This document shows positions 9,536 to 17,802 of a DNA stretch of 56,974 nucleotides, in pieces. The stretch spans positions 32,465-89,438 of the forward strand of contig DAIQRP010000001.1 in assembly GCA_036786125.1 (NCBI GenBank). Reading direction: 5' to 3'. The notes below the pieces were generated by a model, which saw only the letters and a program-made list of their open reading frames with translations, had not been told where the DNA came from and did no database searches. Origin of the DNA: Sphingobacterium sp. GTDB taxonomy: Bacteria; Bacteroidota; Bacteroidia; Sphingobacteriales; Sphingobacteriaceae. The translations under genes were made by a program, and so were the position numbers. Position 1 is the stretch's first letter. Every line of letters starts with the position of its first letter.

Positions 9536-9569
9536 AAATTCTGTCAAGTCTTCAGACTTGACAGAATTT
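9536..9569. repeat. perfect 15-bp intergenic stem-loop (mRNA-stabilising or REP-like)
   Basis: AAATTCTGTCAAGTC-TTCA-GACTTGACAGAATTT, with no long U-tail. Confidence 0.8.
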
Positions 9570-9609
9570 CTATAACCGCTAATTAGACCTCAATTACTCT
9601 CAAAAAATA

Positions 9610-10746
9610 ATGTTTAGTAAAATTAACGCTTGGCTACACTTATGGCTAGGCATAGCTGCGGGAATTCCTGTAATTATCCTAAGTATCACCGGCTGTGTAT
9701 TAGTATTCGAGCATGATATTAAAGAATTAACTACCAATTATATTCGTATTGAAGCCCAAAAGGCAGAAGATCAATTGCCTCCTTCGGCGATTTATAAAGC
9801 CGTAAAAGAAGCTCTTCCTGAAAAAGAAATTTCAAGCTCTTGGTATTATGGATTAGATAAATCCGTAAAAGTTAGCTTGGACCACTCTGATAGTTTAGTA
9901 TATGTCAATCCATATACGGCAGAAATCTTAGCCGTAGTCGATCATGAAGACTTCTTCCACTTTATGGATGAAGGCCATCGTCGCCTTTGGATTGAAGGAA
10001 AATTGGGGAAACAGATTGTCGGCTGGAGTACCTTTATTTTCTTTACCCTCTTAATCTCTGGCTTAATCTTATGGTGGCCTAAAAAATGGACTCGGAGAAC
10101 CCGTGAACAAAGTTTTAAAATTAAATGGTCCGCGAAATTCAAACGCGTGAATTATGACCTCCATAATGTACTCGGATTCTACTCGCTGACCATTGCTTTG
10201 GTTATGTGTCTGACTGGTTTAATTATGAGTTTCCCTTGGATGCGTAAATCTGTGGTATGGATAACCGGGGGATATCCTGCCAAACCGAAAACAGAGCAGG
10301 TCCTAAAAGCCGAAGAACCAGAAGATGAACCCCTAAAAGATGCATTAGTCGTGGCAGACCAAATTTGGTATAAAGTGCGACATGAATATGCTAAATATAA
10401 TAAAGAAGCCGTCATCGTACATTATCCCGAAGAGGATGAAAAGACCGTTTATGCCTGTACCGACATGGAAGGTGGTACTTGGAGAGATTTGAATTTCGAT
10501 AGAAATACATTGGAACTCACCGGCAGAAAAGTAGGACCTATCGATGAAGCCAATCGAACAGAATGGCTTATGCGCTCCAACTATGCCTTACATACCGGAT
10601 TTATCGGTGGCATGACGACTAAAATAATCTATTTCCTAGCCTCTTTAATCTGTGCCACTCTTCCTATTACCGGATTTTATATCTGGTGGGGAAAGAAGAA
10701 AAAAACAGCGAAAAGGCCTAAAGCTCTAAAGTCCGTAACCCTTTAA
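9610..10746 (+). CDS. PepSY-associated TM helix protein (XusC/FoxB-like, putative ferri-siderophore reductase)
   Basis: HLWLG, YVNPYTAEIL, GHRRLW, SGLILWWP, YDLHNVLGFY, LHTG and ITGFYIWW motifs. Confidence 0.9.
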   Translation: MFSKINAWLHLWLGIAAGIPVIILSITGCVLVFEHDIKELTTNYIRIEAQKAEDQLPPSAIYKAVKEALPEKEISSSWYYGLDKSVKVSLDHSDSLVYVNPYTAEILAVVDHEDFFHFMDEGHRRLWIEGKLGKQIVGWSTFIFFTLLISGLILWWPKKWTRRTREQSFKIKWSAKFKRVNYDLHNVLGFYSLTIALVMCLTGLIMSFPWMRKSVVWITGGYPAKPKTEQVLKAEEPEDEPLKDALVVADQIWYKVRHEYAKYNKEAVIVHYPEEDEKTVYACTDMEGGTWRDLNFDRNTLELTGRKVGPIDEANRTEWLMRSNYALHTGFIGGMTTKIIYFLASLICATLPITGFYIWWGKKKKTAKRPKALKSVTL

Positions 10747-10756
10747 CACTAGCTAT

Positions 10757-13198
10757 ATGATCCATTCTTTAAGATATATCCTCAGCTTACTTTTCGTCAG
10801 TATAGTCCTGCTGACACAAGCTCAAAAATCAACAAAAATCAGTGGTAAACTGATCGATGAAAGTACGCAATCCGTTCCTTATGTAAGTGTCAGTTTACAT
10901 CTAGTAAAGGATGGATCTGTTAGCCAAACGATTCAAGCTGACAGCTTGGGAAATTTTTTATTTAATAATCCCTCCTTTGGATATTATTATATTCGGGTGA
11001 AAAGCATCACCCATCAAGAGCTCTTCAGCCAACATTTCCGATTAGATGAACGCAATATGGACTATGATTTAGGTCGTATCACCCTGCTGCAGAATAATGC
11101 CTATCTCGCAGAAGTGACCGTTCATAGAAAAAAGAACTTGATCGAGCAGCAGCAAGATAAAATAGTCTTTAATATTGAAAATTCCATGCTCGCAGATGGT
11201 AATAATGGACTTGAACTGCTAAATAAAATTCCAGGGGTTTCAGTGCAAGAGTCTGGCGATATCAGCATTAAAGGGAAAGCTGGAACATCCATTATGATTA
11301 ATGGGAAGTTAACCTACCTCTCTGCTGACCAATTGGCGAACTTATTGCGTAGTACCTCCTCTACCGATATTAATAAAATCGAGGTCATGGCTAATCCAAG
11401 TGCAAAACATGATGCTGCAGGAACTTCCGGAATTATTAATATTGTCCTTAAAAAAGGATTAAAACAAGGCTTTAATGGAACGCTTTCTGCAAATGCGGGA
11501 GCAGGACGAGGAGCCCATCTTGGGGGAGGTCTAAACCTCAACTATAGGACGGAAAAGATAAATGTCTTTGCTATCTATAATCAATATTTCCAAAATCTGG
11601 AATATTCCAACTCCTTAACTCGCTATTTCTATAGCAATCCTCAAGCACAGCCTGATACCTATTCCCAACAGGAAAATTTAATACAGCCTAAATTACGCTC
11701 TAATAATTTTAGAGCTGGAATAGATATCAACCTGAGTCCAAAACAGACTTTAGGCTTTCTTATCCATGGGGGATTTGGCAAATATCCTAAGTATGAACCT
11801 ACGAGCAATCATTTTAGAAAATATCAAAGTCAAGATTTAATCTGGGCGGCCTCGACGATTACTGAAGGTCGGGAACGCTGGGAAGATATGTTATATAATA
11901 TCAACTATAATATCAAGTTTAATGAAGATGGACATGAGTTAAAAATGGATTTGGATTTTGTAAATCATTATTCCAAAATGGACCAGCAGTTGAATACAAA
12001 TTATACCGATGCATTAAATAATTCCATACGTCCGCTGTCCTCTCGAATTGGTGATATTCCTTCCGATAATCAGGTGCTGGTTGGAAAGATTGATTACAGC
12101 CTTCCACTAGCGAATCGATTGAAGTTTGAAGCCGGATGGAAAGGCTCTCAAGTGCGCACAGAAAATGATTTGCATTACGATACCTTACAGCATGGCCAAT
12201 ATATCCCAGACCTCAGCACAAGTAATCATTTTATCTATAAGGAGATGATTCAAGCAGGATATATCAATCTATCAAAAACTTGGGAAAAATTATCTGCTCA
12301 GCTAGGGCTTCGCGGAGAATATACGCGTACTGAAGGAAATCAAATCACCACGGATCACAAATTTGAGAAAAACTATTTTCACCTCTTTCCCTCAGCTTTC
12401 CTAACCTATGCGCTTACAGATAACCATAAATTACAGGCAAGTTATAGCCACCGTGTGCAACGTCCTTCCTTTTGGGATTTAAATCCTTTCCGCGTCTATA
12501 CCGATCCTTTTTCATACTCAGAAGGAAATGCGGAACTGAACCCTTCCTATGAGCATGCTTTTGAATTTAGCTATACCCTGGCAAGCAAGTATATCTTGAC
12601 TTTAAACTATTCCACACGGGATGATGTCGTCAATGAAATTTTAGGAAGAGATAGCAAGGACTCCCATATCACTTTTGAAAAGCCCTTAAATTTAGGCTCT
12701 TTTAAAAACTATGGTGCCTCATTAATCATTCCTTTAGAGTTGACTTCATTTTGGAATTCCACCAACTTTATCAATTACTACCGCAATGAATATAGCTTAC
12801 CTTTAGATGATGATTTAATTAACCGCGCAGGAAATACGCTAACGCTAAACTCTCAGAATACATTTAAACTTCCTAAAGACTGGTCTCTGGAATTAGGTGG
12901 AAATTATGTTTCGGGTTTAACCATAGGCTTATCGGATATTAAAAGTTATGGAATAGTCTATTCAGGCATTCAAAAAACGCTATTTAATAAAAAAGCCACC
13001 ATTAAACTCGTCGTTAATGATATCTTTCGAACGAATAACCGTCGTTACGAAACCAATACAAATACCATTCGACTGCTGGGTATCCATAGACCGGATAGCA
13101 GAACTGCGCTGCTGTCGCTGACCTACCGTTTTGGAGGTTCTGAGCCCAATACCAAAAATCGTGCTACCGGATCCGAAGAAATAAAAAGCCGTTTGTAA
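10757..13198 (+). CDS. TonB-dependent receptor-like outer-membrane beta-barrel protein
   Basis: Signal peptide, carboxypeptidase-like domain, plug IEVMANPSAKHDAAGTSGIINIVLKK, GNAELNPS, and LSLTYRFG near the C-terminus. Confidence 0.85.
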   Translation: MIHSLRYILSLLFVSIVLLTQAQKSTKISGKLIDESTQSVPYVSVSLHLVKDGSVSQTIQADSLGNFLFNNPSFGYYYIRVKSITHQELFSQHFRLDERNMDYDLGRITLLQNNAYLAEVTVHRKKNLIEQQQDKIVFNIENSMLADGNNGLELLNKIPGVSVQESGDISIKGKAGTSIMINGKLTYLSADQLANLLRSTSSTDINKIEVMANPSAKHDAAGTSGIINIVLKKGLKQGFNGTLSANAGAGRGAHLGGGLNLNYRTEKINVFAIYNQYFQNLEYSNSLTRYFYSNPQAQPDTYSQQENLIQPKLRSNNFRAGIDINLSPKQTLGFLIHGGFGKYPKYEPTSNHFRKYQSQDLIWAASTITEGRERWEDMLYNINYNIKFNEDGHELKMDLDFVNHYSKMDQQLNTNYTDALNNSIRPLSSRIGDIPSDNQVLVGKIDYSLPLANRLKFEAGWKGSQVRTENDLHYDTLQHGQYIPDLSTSNHFIYKEMIQAGYINLSKTWEKLSAQLGLRGEYTRTEGNQITTDHKFEKNYFHLFPSAFLTYALTDNHKLQASYSHRVQRPSFWDLNPFRVYTDPFSYSEGNAELNPSYEHAFEFSYTLASKYILTLNYSTRDDVVNEILGRDSKDSHITFEKPLNLGSFKNYGASLIIPLELTSFWNSTNFINYYRNEYSLPLDDDLINRAGNTLTLNSQNTFKLPKDWSLELGGNYVSGLTIGLSDIKSYGIVYSGIQKTLFNKKATIKLVVNDIFRTNNRRYETNTNTIRLLGIHRPDSRTALLSLTYRFGGSEPNTKNRATGSEEIKSRL

Positions 13199-13266
13199 GT
13201 TCCTTACTTTCTGCTTACAATAAGTTTTCCGAAAAAAGCGTAACTTTGCAAAAAATTATCCAAGGT

Positions 13267-14262
13267 ATGTCTGTTAAAATTGGCGAAAATATTGATTTAG
13301 GGAATTTCCCATTATTACTTGCTCCGATGGAAGATGTGAGCGATCCTCCATTCCGTTATGTATGTAAGAAAAATGGGGTAGATATGATGTATACCGAATT
13401 TATCTCTTCTGAGGGACTTATTCGGGATGCGGCTAAATCACGTCAGAAATTAGATATCTTCGAATATGAGCGACCTATAGGTATTCAAATCTTTGGATCT
13501 GAGATTGACCATATGCGCCAGGCAGCAGAAATTTCTGCACAGGCAGGACCCGACTTAATTGATATTAACTATGGCTGTCCTGTCAAAAATGTAGCTTGCC
13601 GAGGAGCAGGGGCTTCCTTATTGCAGGATATCGATAAGATGGTCGAAATGACGAAGGCCGTAGTCGATGCGACTGATCTACCTGTAACGGTAAAAACGCG
13701 CTTAGGCTGGGATGATAATACAAAGAATGTATACGAAGTTGCAGAGCGCCTTCAGGATATAGGCATTAAAGCCCTTTCTATTCATGGCCGTACACGTGCT
13801 CAGATGTATAAAGGGGAAGCCGATTGGAGCATGATTCGGGATGTAAAACGTAATCCAAGAATTCAAATCCCTATTTTTGGAAATGGAGATATTGATTCCG
13901 TTGAAAAAGCTGCCGCATGGCGTCAGGAATATGAAGTAGATGGTATAATGATCGGTCGTGCAGCCATAGGATACCCTTGGATCTTCCGAGAAATTAAACA
14001 TTTCTTTGAAACTGGCGAACGCTTAGAAGGCCCTACTATTGCCGAACGCGTAGAGGTATGTCGTACACACTTAACCAAATCCATTGAATGGAAAGGTCCT
14101 AAGACAGGTATCTTTGAAATGCGTAGACATTATGCCAACTACTTTAAAGGAATTCCAAACTTTAAAGAGTATAGAATGAAGTTAGTCAGTCTTCAATCTA
14201 TGGAAGAAATTCAAGAAGTCTTATCTGAAATCGAACATAATTTTATTGCAGAAGTCATTTAA
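13267..14262 (+). CDS. dusB: tRNA-dihydrouridine synthase DusB
   Basis: LAPMEDVSD, DINYGCP, PVTVKTRLGW, IHGRT and GNGDI motifs. The TTG at 13246 is part of the -7 element TAACTTTG (13241-13248), so ATG 13267 is used. Confidence 0.92.
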   Translation: MSVKIGENIDLGNFPLLLAPMEDVSDPPFRYVCKKNGVDMMYTEFISSEGLIRDAAKSRQKLDIFEYERPIGIQIFGSEIDHMRQAAEISAQAGPDLIDINYGCPVKNVACRGAGASLLQDIDKMVEMTKAVVDATDLPVTVKTRLGWDDNTKNVYEVAERLQDIGIKALSIHGRTRAQMYKGEADWSMIRDVKRNPRIQIPIFGNGDIDSVEKAAAWRQEYEVDGIMIGRAAIGYPWIFREIKHFFETGERLEGPTIAERVEVCRTHLTKSIEWKGPKTGIFEMRRHYANYFKGIPNFKEYRMKLVSLQSMEEIQEVLSEIEHNFIAEVI

Positions 14263-14272
14263 AAAGCTGCAC

Positions 14273-14310
14273 AAAAAAAAAGCCCAATTTTTATTAATTG
14301 GGCTTTTTTT
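14273..14310. terminator. bidirectional terminator between dusB and the flippase
   Basis: A-run-GCCCAATT...AATTGGGC-T-run between convergent genes. Confidence 0.85.
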
Positions 14311-15854
14311 TAATTCTTTTCCTTAATCAATTTCAAAATCTGATCCTTTTCAAACCTGATAATGGCTAAAAAGTAGAGGATAAATAGTAGATTTCCCCAA
14401 ATCAAACTGCGATCTAACACCTGATATACCAGTATCGTAATCGCAGCACCAGAAAGAAGATAAGAGATCATCTTCTTGACTTTATAGGGTATAGGATAAT
14501 TCCTTTGACCCCAGAAATAAGAAAGTGTTACCATGACCATATAAGTGATTAAGGTCGTTATGGCAGCCCCGACATAGCTGTATTTTGGAATCAGCAGAAA
14601 ACAAAAAACAATGGTAATTAAAGCTCCTATACCCGAAATATATAGTCCATAACGTGTCTGATCGGAAAGTTTATACCATACCGACAGATTCATATATATT
14701 CCAAGTAAAACATAATTAAATAGTAGTAGCGGCACCAGAAATAAACCCGACCAGTATTCTGCTATCATCTCCGGAGTAGAGCCTTTAATAAAATATTTAA
14801 GCCATTCAATATTTACGGAAAGTCCTACCATAACTAACATCATAGCAATAACAAAATATTCCATAATTAAAGCATAGGTCTTTTTGGCATTGACATTATT
14901 CGCATAGGAAAAGAAAAAAGGCTCTGCTCCTAAACGAAAAGCCTGCACAAAAATACTTAGGAAGATCGCAATTTTTGAGACGGCAGAATAGATACCTAAG
15001 TCCTTATCTCCTACTCCTGCAGGCAGCAATCTCGGAATTAATGTCTTATCCACATGCTCATTAATAATAAAAGATATATTCGCTATGAGAATTGGAAAAG
15101 AATAACAGACCATATCCCAAAAAAGCTTTTTATCCAAGCTGAATTTAAACCGAATAATCTGAGGCAATAACATCAATAAAGTGACGATACTGGAGATTAG
15201 ATTCGAAAGAAATACATAGCCTACCCAATTGGGTTTATACCAGCTTAAAAAGGACGCTCCAAACGCATCGTAGAAGAAATGAGATAAGCCAGCATGGTTT
15301 GCTAATACAAATGGAATAAAGACTATAAAAAACAAATTAAGTCCAACAAATATGAGGATATTAATCAGCTTAAGTAAACCAAAGTAAACAGGTCTTGCTT
15401 CGGCACGTAACTTAGCAAATGGCACAACAGCCAATGCATCACAGACCAGAATAAACGCGAAGAAGCTGACAAATTGCTTATAGTCATTATGTAAATCTAC
15501 CTGATGAGCTCCTCCATTATTTAACCAGGCGGCAATGGGATCTAAAAATAAAAAAACATTGATAAGTAATAGTAAAGATGTCAGAATGGTAATTAAAAAA
15601 GTCGTGTTAAATACTTTTTCTTTATCCTTTTCTTCCACTTTCTGAAGGTAGCGGAAAAAGGTGGTTTCCATACCAAAGGCAAGCACCGCATTTAACATCG
15701 CCGTCCAAGCGTACATTTTCGTAAAAATACCAAAAACTGTCGGGGAGAATTTATTGACAAAGATGGGCGTTAATACAAAATTAAGGAGACGCGATATTAT
15801 CGTGCTTAACCCATAGATAAGAGTCTGACCTGCGAATTTCTTTAAAACTGACAA
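14310..15854 (-). CDS. MOP-superfamily polysaccharide biosynthesis/flippase membrane protein
   Basis: Many TM helices; GQTLIYGLS, FGMETTFFRY and AFRLGAEPFFF motifs of the conserved Bacteroidota flippase. Confidence 0.8.
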   Translation of the reverse strand: MSVLKKFAGQTLIYGLSTIISRLLNFVLTPIFVNKFSPTVFGIFTKMYAWTAMLNAVLAFGMETTFFRYLQKVEEKDKEKVFNTTFLITILTSLLLLINVFLFLDPIAAWLNNGGAHQVDLHNDYKQFVSFFAFILVCDALAVVPFAKLRAEARPVYFGLLKLINILIFVGLNLFFIVFIPFVLANHAGLSHFFYDAFGASFLSWYKPNWVGYVFLSNLISSIVTLLMLLPQIIRFKFSLDKKLFWDMVCYSFPILIANISFIINEHVDKTLIPRLLPAGVGDKDLGIYSAVSKIAIFLSIFVQAFRLGAEPFFFSYANNVNAKKTYALIMEYFVIAMMLVMVGLSVNIEWLKYFIKGSTPEMIAEYWSGLFLVPLLLFNYVLLGIYMNLSVWYKLSDQTRYGLYISGIGALITIVFCFLLIPKYSYVGAAITTLITYMVMVTLSYFWGQRNYPIPYKVKKMISYLLSGAAITILVYQVLDRSLIWGNLLFILYFLAIIRFEKDQILKLIKEKN

Positions 15855-15865
15855 AATGAAAATTT

Positions 15866-16147
15866 TTAAAATTTAGATTTTTTGGAAATCACAAAGTTTG
15901 TGAAGCCCGTGATATCTCCCTCAGTCCATTCTAATTCTTTAACCTCAGCATCTTCAGGCCCTTCTTTACACCAATCCAATAGGCTATCGATAGCAAAACT
16001 ATCTGCTTCCGCTTCCATATATACAGAACCATCAGGTCTATTCTGCACAAATCCTTTTACCCCTAATTGGTCGGCCACAGCTTTCGTAGAAAAGCGAAAA
16101 TATACACCTTGCACTTTTCCACGAACTGTAATATTAACATGTTTCAT
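15866..16147 (-). CDS. acyP: acylphosphatase
   Basis: GKVQGVYFR and GFVQNRPDGSV motifs; ATG at 16147 lies 5 nt downstream of TACTTTTG. Confidence 0.92.
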   Translation of the reverse strand: MKHVNITVRGKVQGVYFRFSTKAVADQLGVKGFVQNRPDGSVYMEAEADSFAIDSLLDWCKEGPEDAEVKELEWTEGDITGFTNFVISKKSKF

Positions 16148-16181
16148 ATGCACAAAAGTACATAAGAATTTTGATGAAATC

Positions 16182-17354
16182 CTATGCTAATCTTTCAACG
16201 ATTACATCATCTGTTAATTTCAAATGATTCATATTCTTTAATAACACGACGCCTGGCTTCTTGCCTACTTCAAAAGATCCAAATGTATCGGCCACCTGTA
16301 GTAATTCCGCTCCATTTAATGTCGCCCAAGAGATCGTCTGTGTAAAATCTAATTCTGGGAAATGCTCATGAATAACCTTTAACTCATCTAAAATAGATAA
16401 GCTATCATTAGAAGCCAAACTATCTGTCCCTAAGACGATTTTTTGATTATCATTAACAAAATTCATCACTTTAGGCACTGTTCCCTCTATGTATAAGTTA
16501 GATTTCGGACAGAAGCACCAATAGATATCTCTTCCCATACGTTCCACGAAATCCAAATCCTTAAGTGAAGTAAAGGTATTATGCACTAACATTAACTTAT
16601 TCACCTGAGGAAGATATGGAAGATAAGACTGAATAGAGTTTCTAGCCTGTGCTTTCAAGATATCTACATCTTTTCCAATCACCTCAAAAAATTTGAGGAA
16701 ATCCCCAGACCGGTAGCGGAAAAGTTTATTTTCCTCATCGGACTCCTGATTATGAATACTTAAGATATTATCTTCAGTTACTGCTTTTTTAAATTTTTTA
16801 AATAATTGCTTCGAACATGAATAGGGCGCATGTGGCGTAATGGAAGAATGCTTCTCATCAAAGTCTAAACGTAGGGTTTTTGCGGCCTCAACTTTTTGAT
16901 CAGCTAACTCCGTTTCTAATCCTATAATTTCCACAAACGTATGGTAATGGATTTTACTCTCATTTTTAATATCGGCAGAAACATCAGAATTTACATGGTC
17001 TCCAACAACTACAATACCATTTTCATACATCTGCTCATCAGCGGCATTCATATGCTTGGTGATATGTGCTTTTTTGGCGTCACGAGAAGTCATGACTGTA
17101 GATAGAAATGTAGGTAGACCCGTAGATTTCGGAACTAAACCTTTCATATGTGAAAGTTCAATATGACAATGTGCATTCACAAAGCCCGGAATAATAATTC
17201 CATCATATTTTTCAATATGCTTATTTTCTAATTCACTTGAAGTACTTTCGAAAATTCCCTGAACTATTCCCTTTTCATCTATAGCTAAAACCCCATTTTT
17301 TAACGGAGCAGAACTCACCGGAACAATGTAATTGGCGGAAAGATACTTAATCAT
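16182..17354 (-). CDS. amidohydrolase (metal-dependent deaminase; possibly aminodeoxyfutalosine deaminase-like)
   Basis: PGFVNAHCHIELS, PHAPYS, HNQES and LGTDSLASN motifs. Confidence 0.8.
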   Translation of the reverse strand: MIKYLSANYIVPVSSAPLKNGVLAIDEKGIVQGIFESTSSELENKHIEKYDGIIIPGFVNAHCHIELSHMKGLVPKSTGLPTFLSTVMTSRDAKKAHITKHMNAADEQMYENGIVVVGDHVNSDVSADIKNESKIHYHTFVEIIGLETELADQKVEAAKTLRLDFDEKHSSITPHAPYSCSKQLFKKFKKAVTEDNILSIHNQESDEENKLFRYRSGDFLKFFEVIGKDVDILKAQARNSIQSYLPYLPQVNKLMLVHNTFTSLKDLDFVERMGRDIYWCFCPKSNLYIEGTVPKVMNFVNDNQKIVLGTDSLASNDSLSILDELKVIHEHFPELDFTQTISWATLNGAELLQVADTFGSFEVGKKPGVVLLKNMNHLKLTDDVIVERLA

Positions 17355-17614
17355 ATTTTTAATTTTTATATTATTATTGCGAAAGCTGTGTGACTATCTG
17401 TTATCTATTTTTATGCCAAAATTTATTTAAAGAGAAAATTTTTACTATTTATAAATGATATTTCTATAAAAATTAATAATTAATCCAGTAGAAAGTAATA
17501 ATTTAATATAGTTAATTTTAAAGTTACCTATTTGAAATGAATTAACTCATATGGAAGTCAAACTTTCTAAAAAATTAATCGGACAAAAAATACTCTTTTA
17601 TCATTTATAAACGC

Positions 17615-17622
17615 TAATTTTG
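17615..17622 (+). promoter_or_regulatory. -7 promoter element of the TPP riboswitch transcript
   Basis: TAATTTTG directly ahead of the aptamer. Confidence 0.65.
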
Positions 17623-17630
17623 AGCATTCA

Positions 17631-17729
17631 TAAGGGGTGCCTTGTTCTCGTAACACGAAGAAAGGCTGAGATTATACCCAATAGCAAATTGCTATGCACC
17701 TGATCCAGATAATGCTGGCGTAGGGAAGG
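17631..17729 (+). ncRNA. TPP (thiamine pyrophosphate) riboswitch
   Basis: GGGGTGC...GCTGAGA-TTATACCC...ACCTGATCCAGATAATGCTGGCGTAGGGAAG matches the THI-box core. Confidence 0.93.
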
Positions 17730-17802
17730 TAAGTTAACTGTTCCAACTAATGTGACCCCTTACATTAGTATGTTTAACGCAAAATATTCACTTTTATTGA
17801 CC

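Noticed and set aside
17420..17610. Very AT-rich intergenic stretch considered as an sRNA or replication origin
   Set aside because: No stable structure, terminator or DnaA-box array seen; explained as a divergent promoter region.
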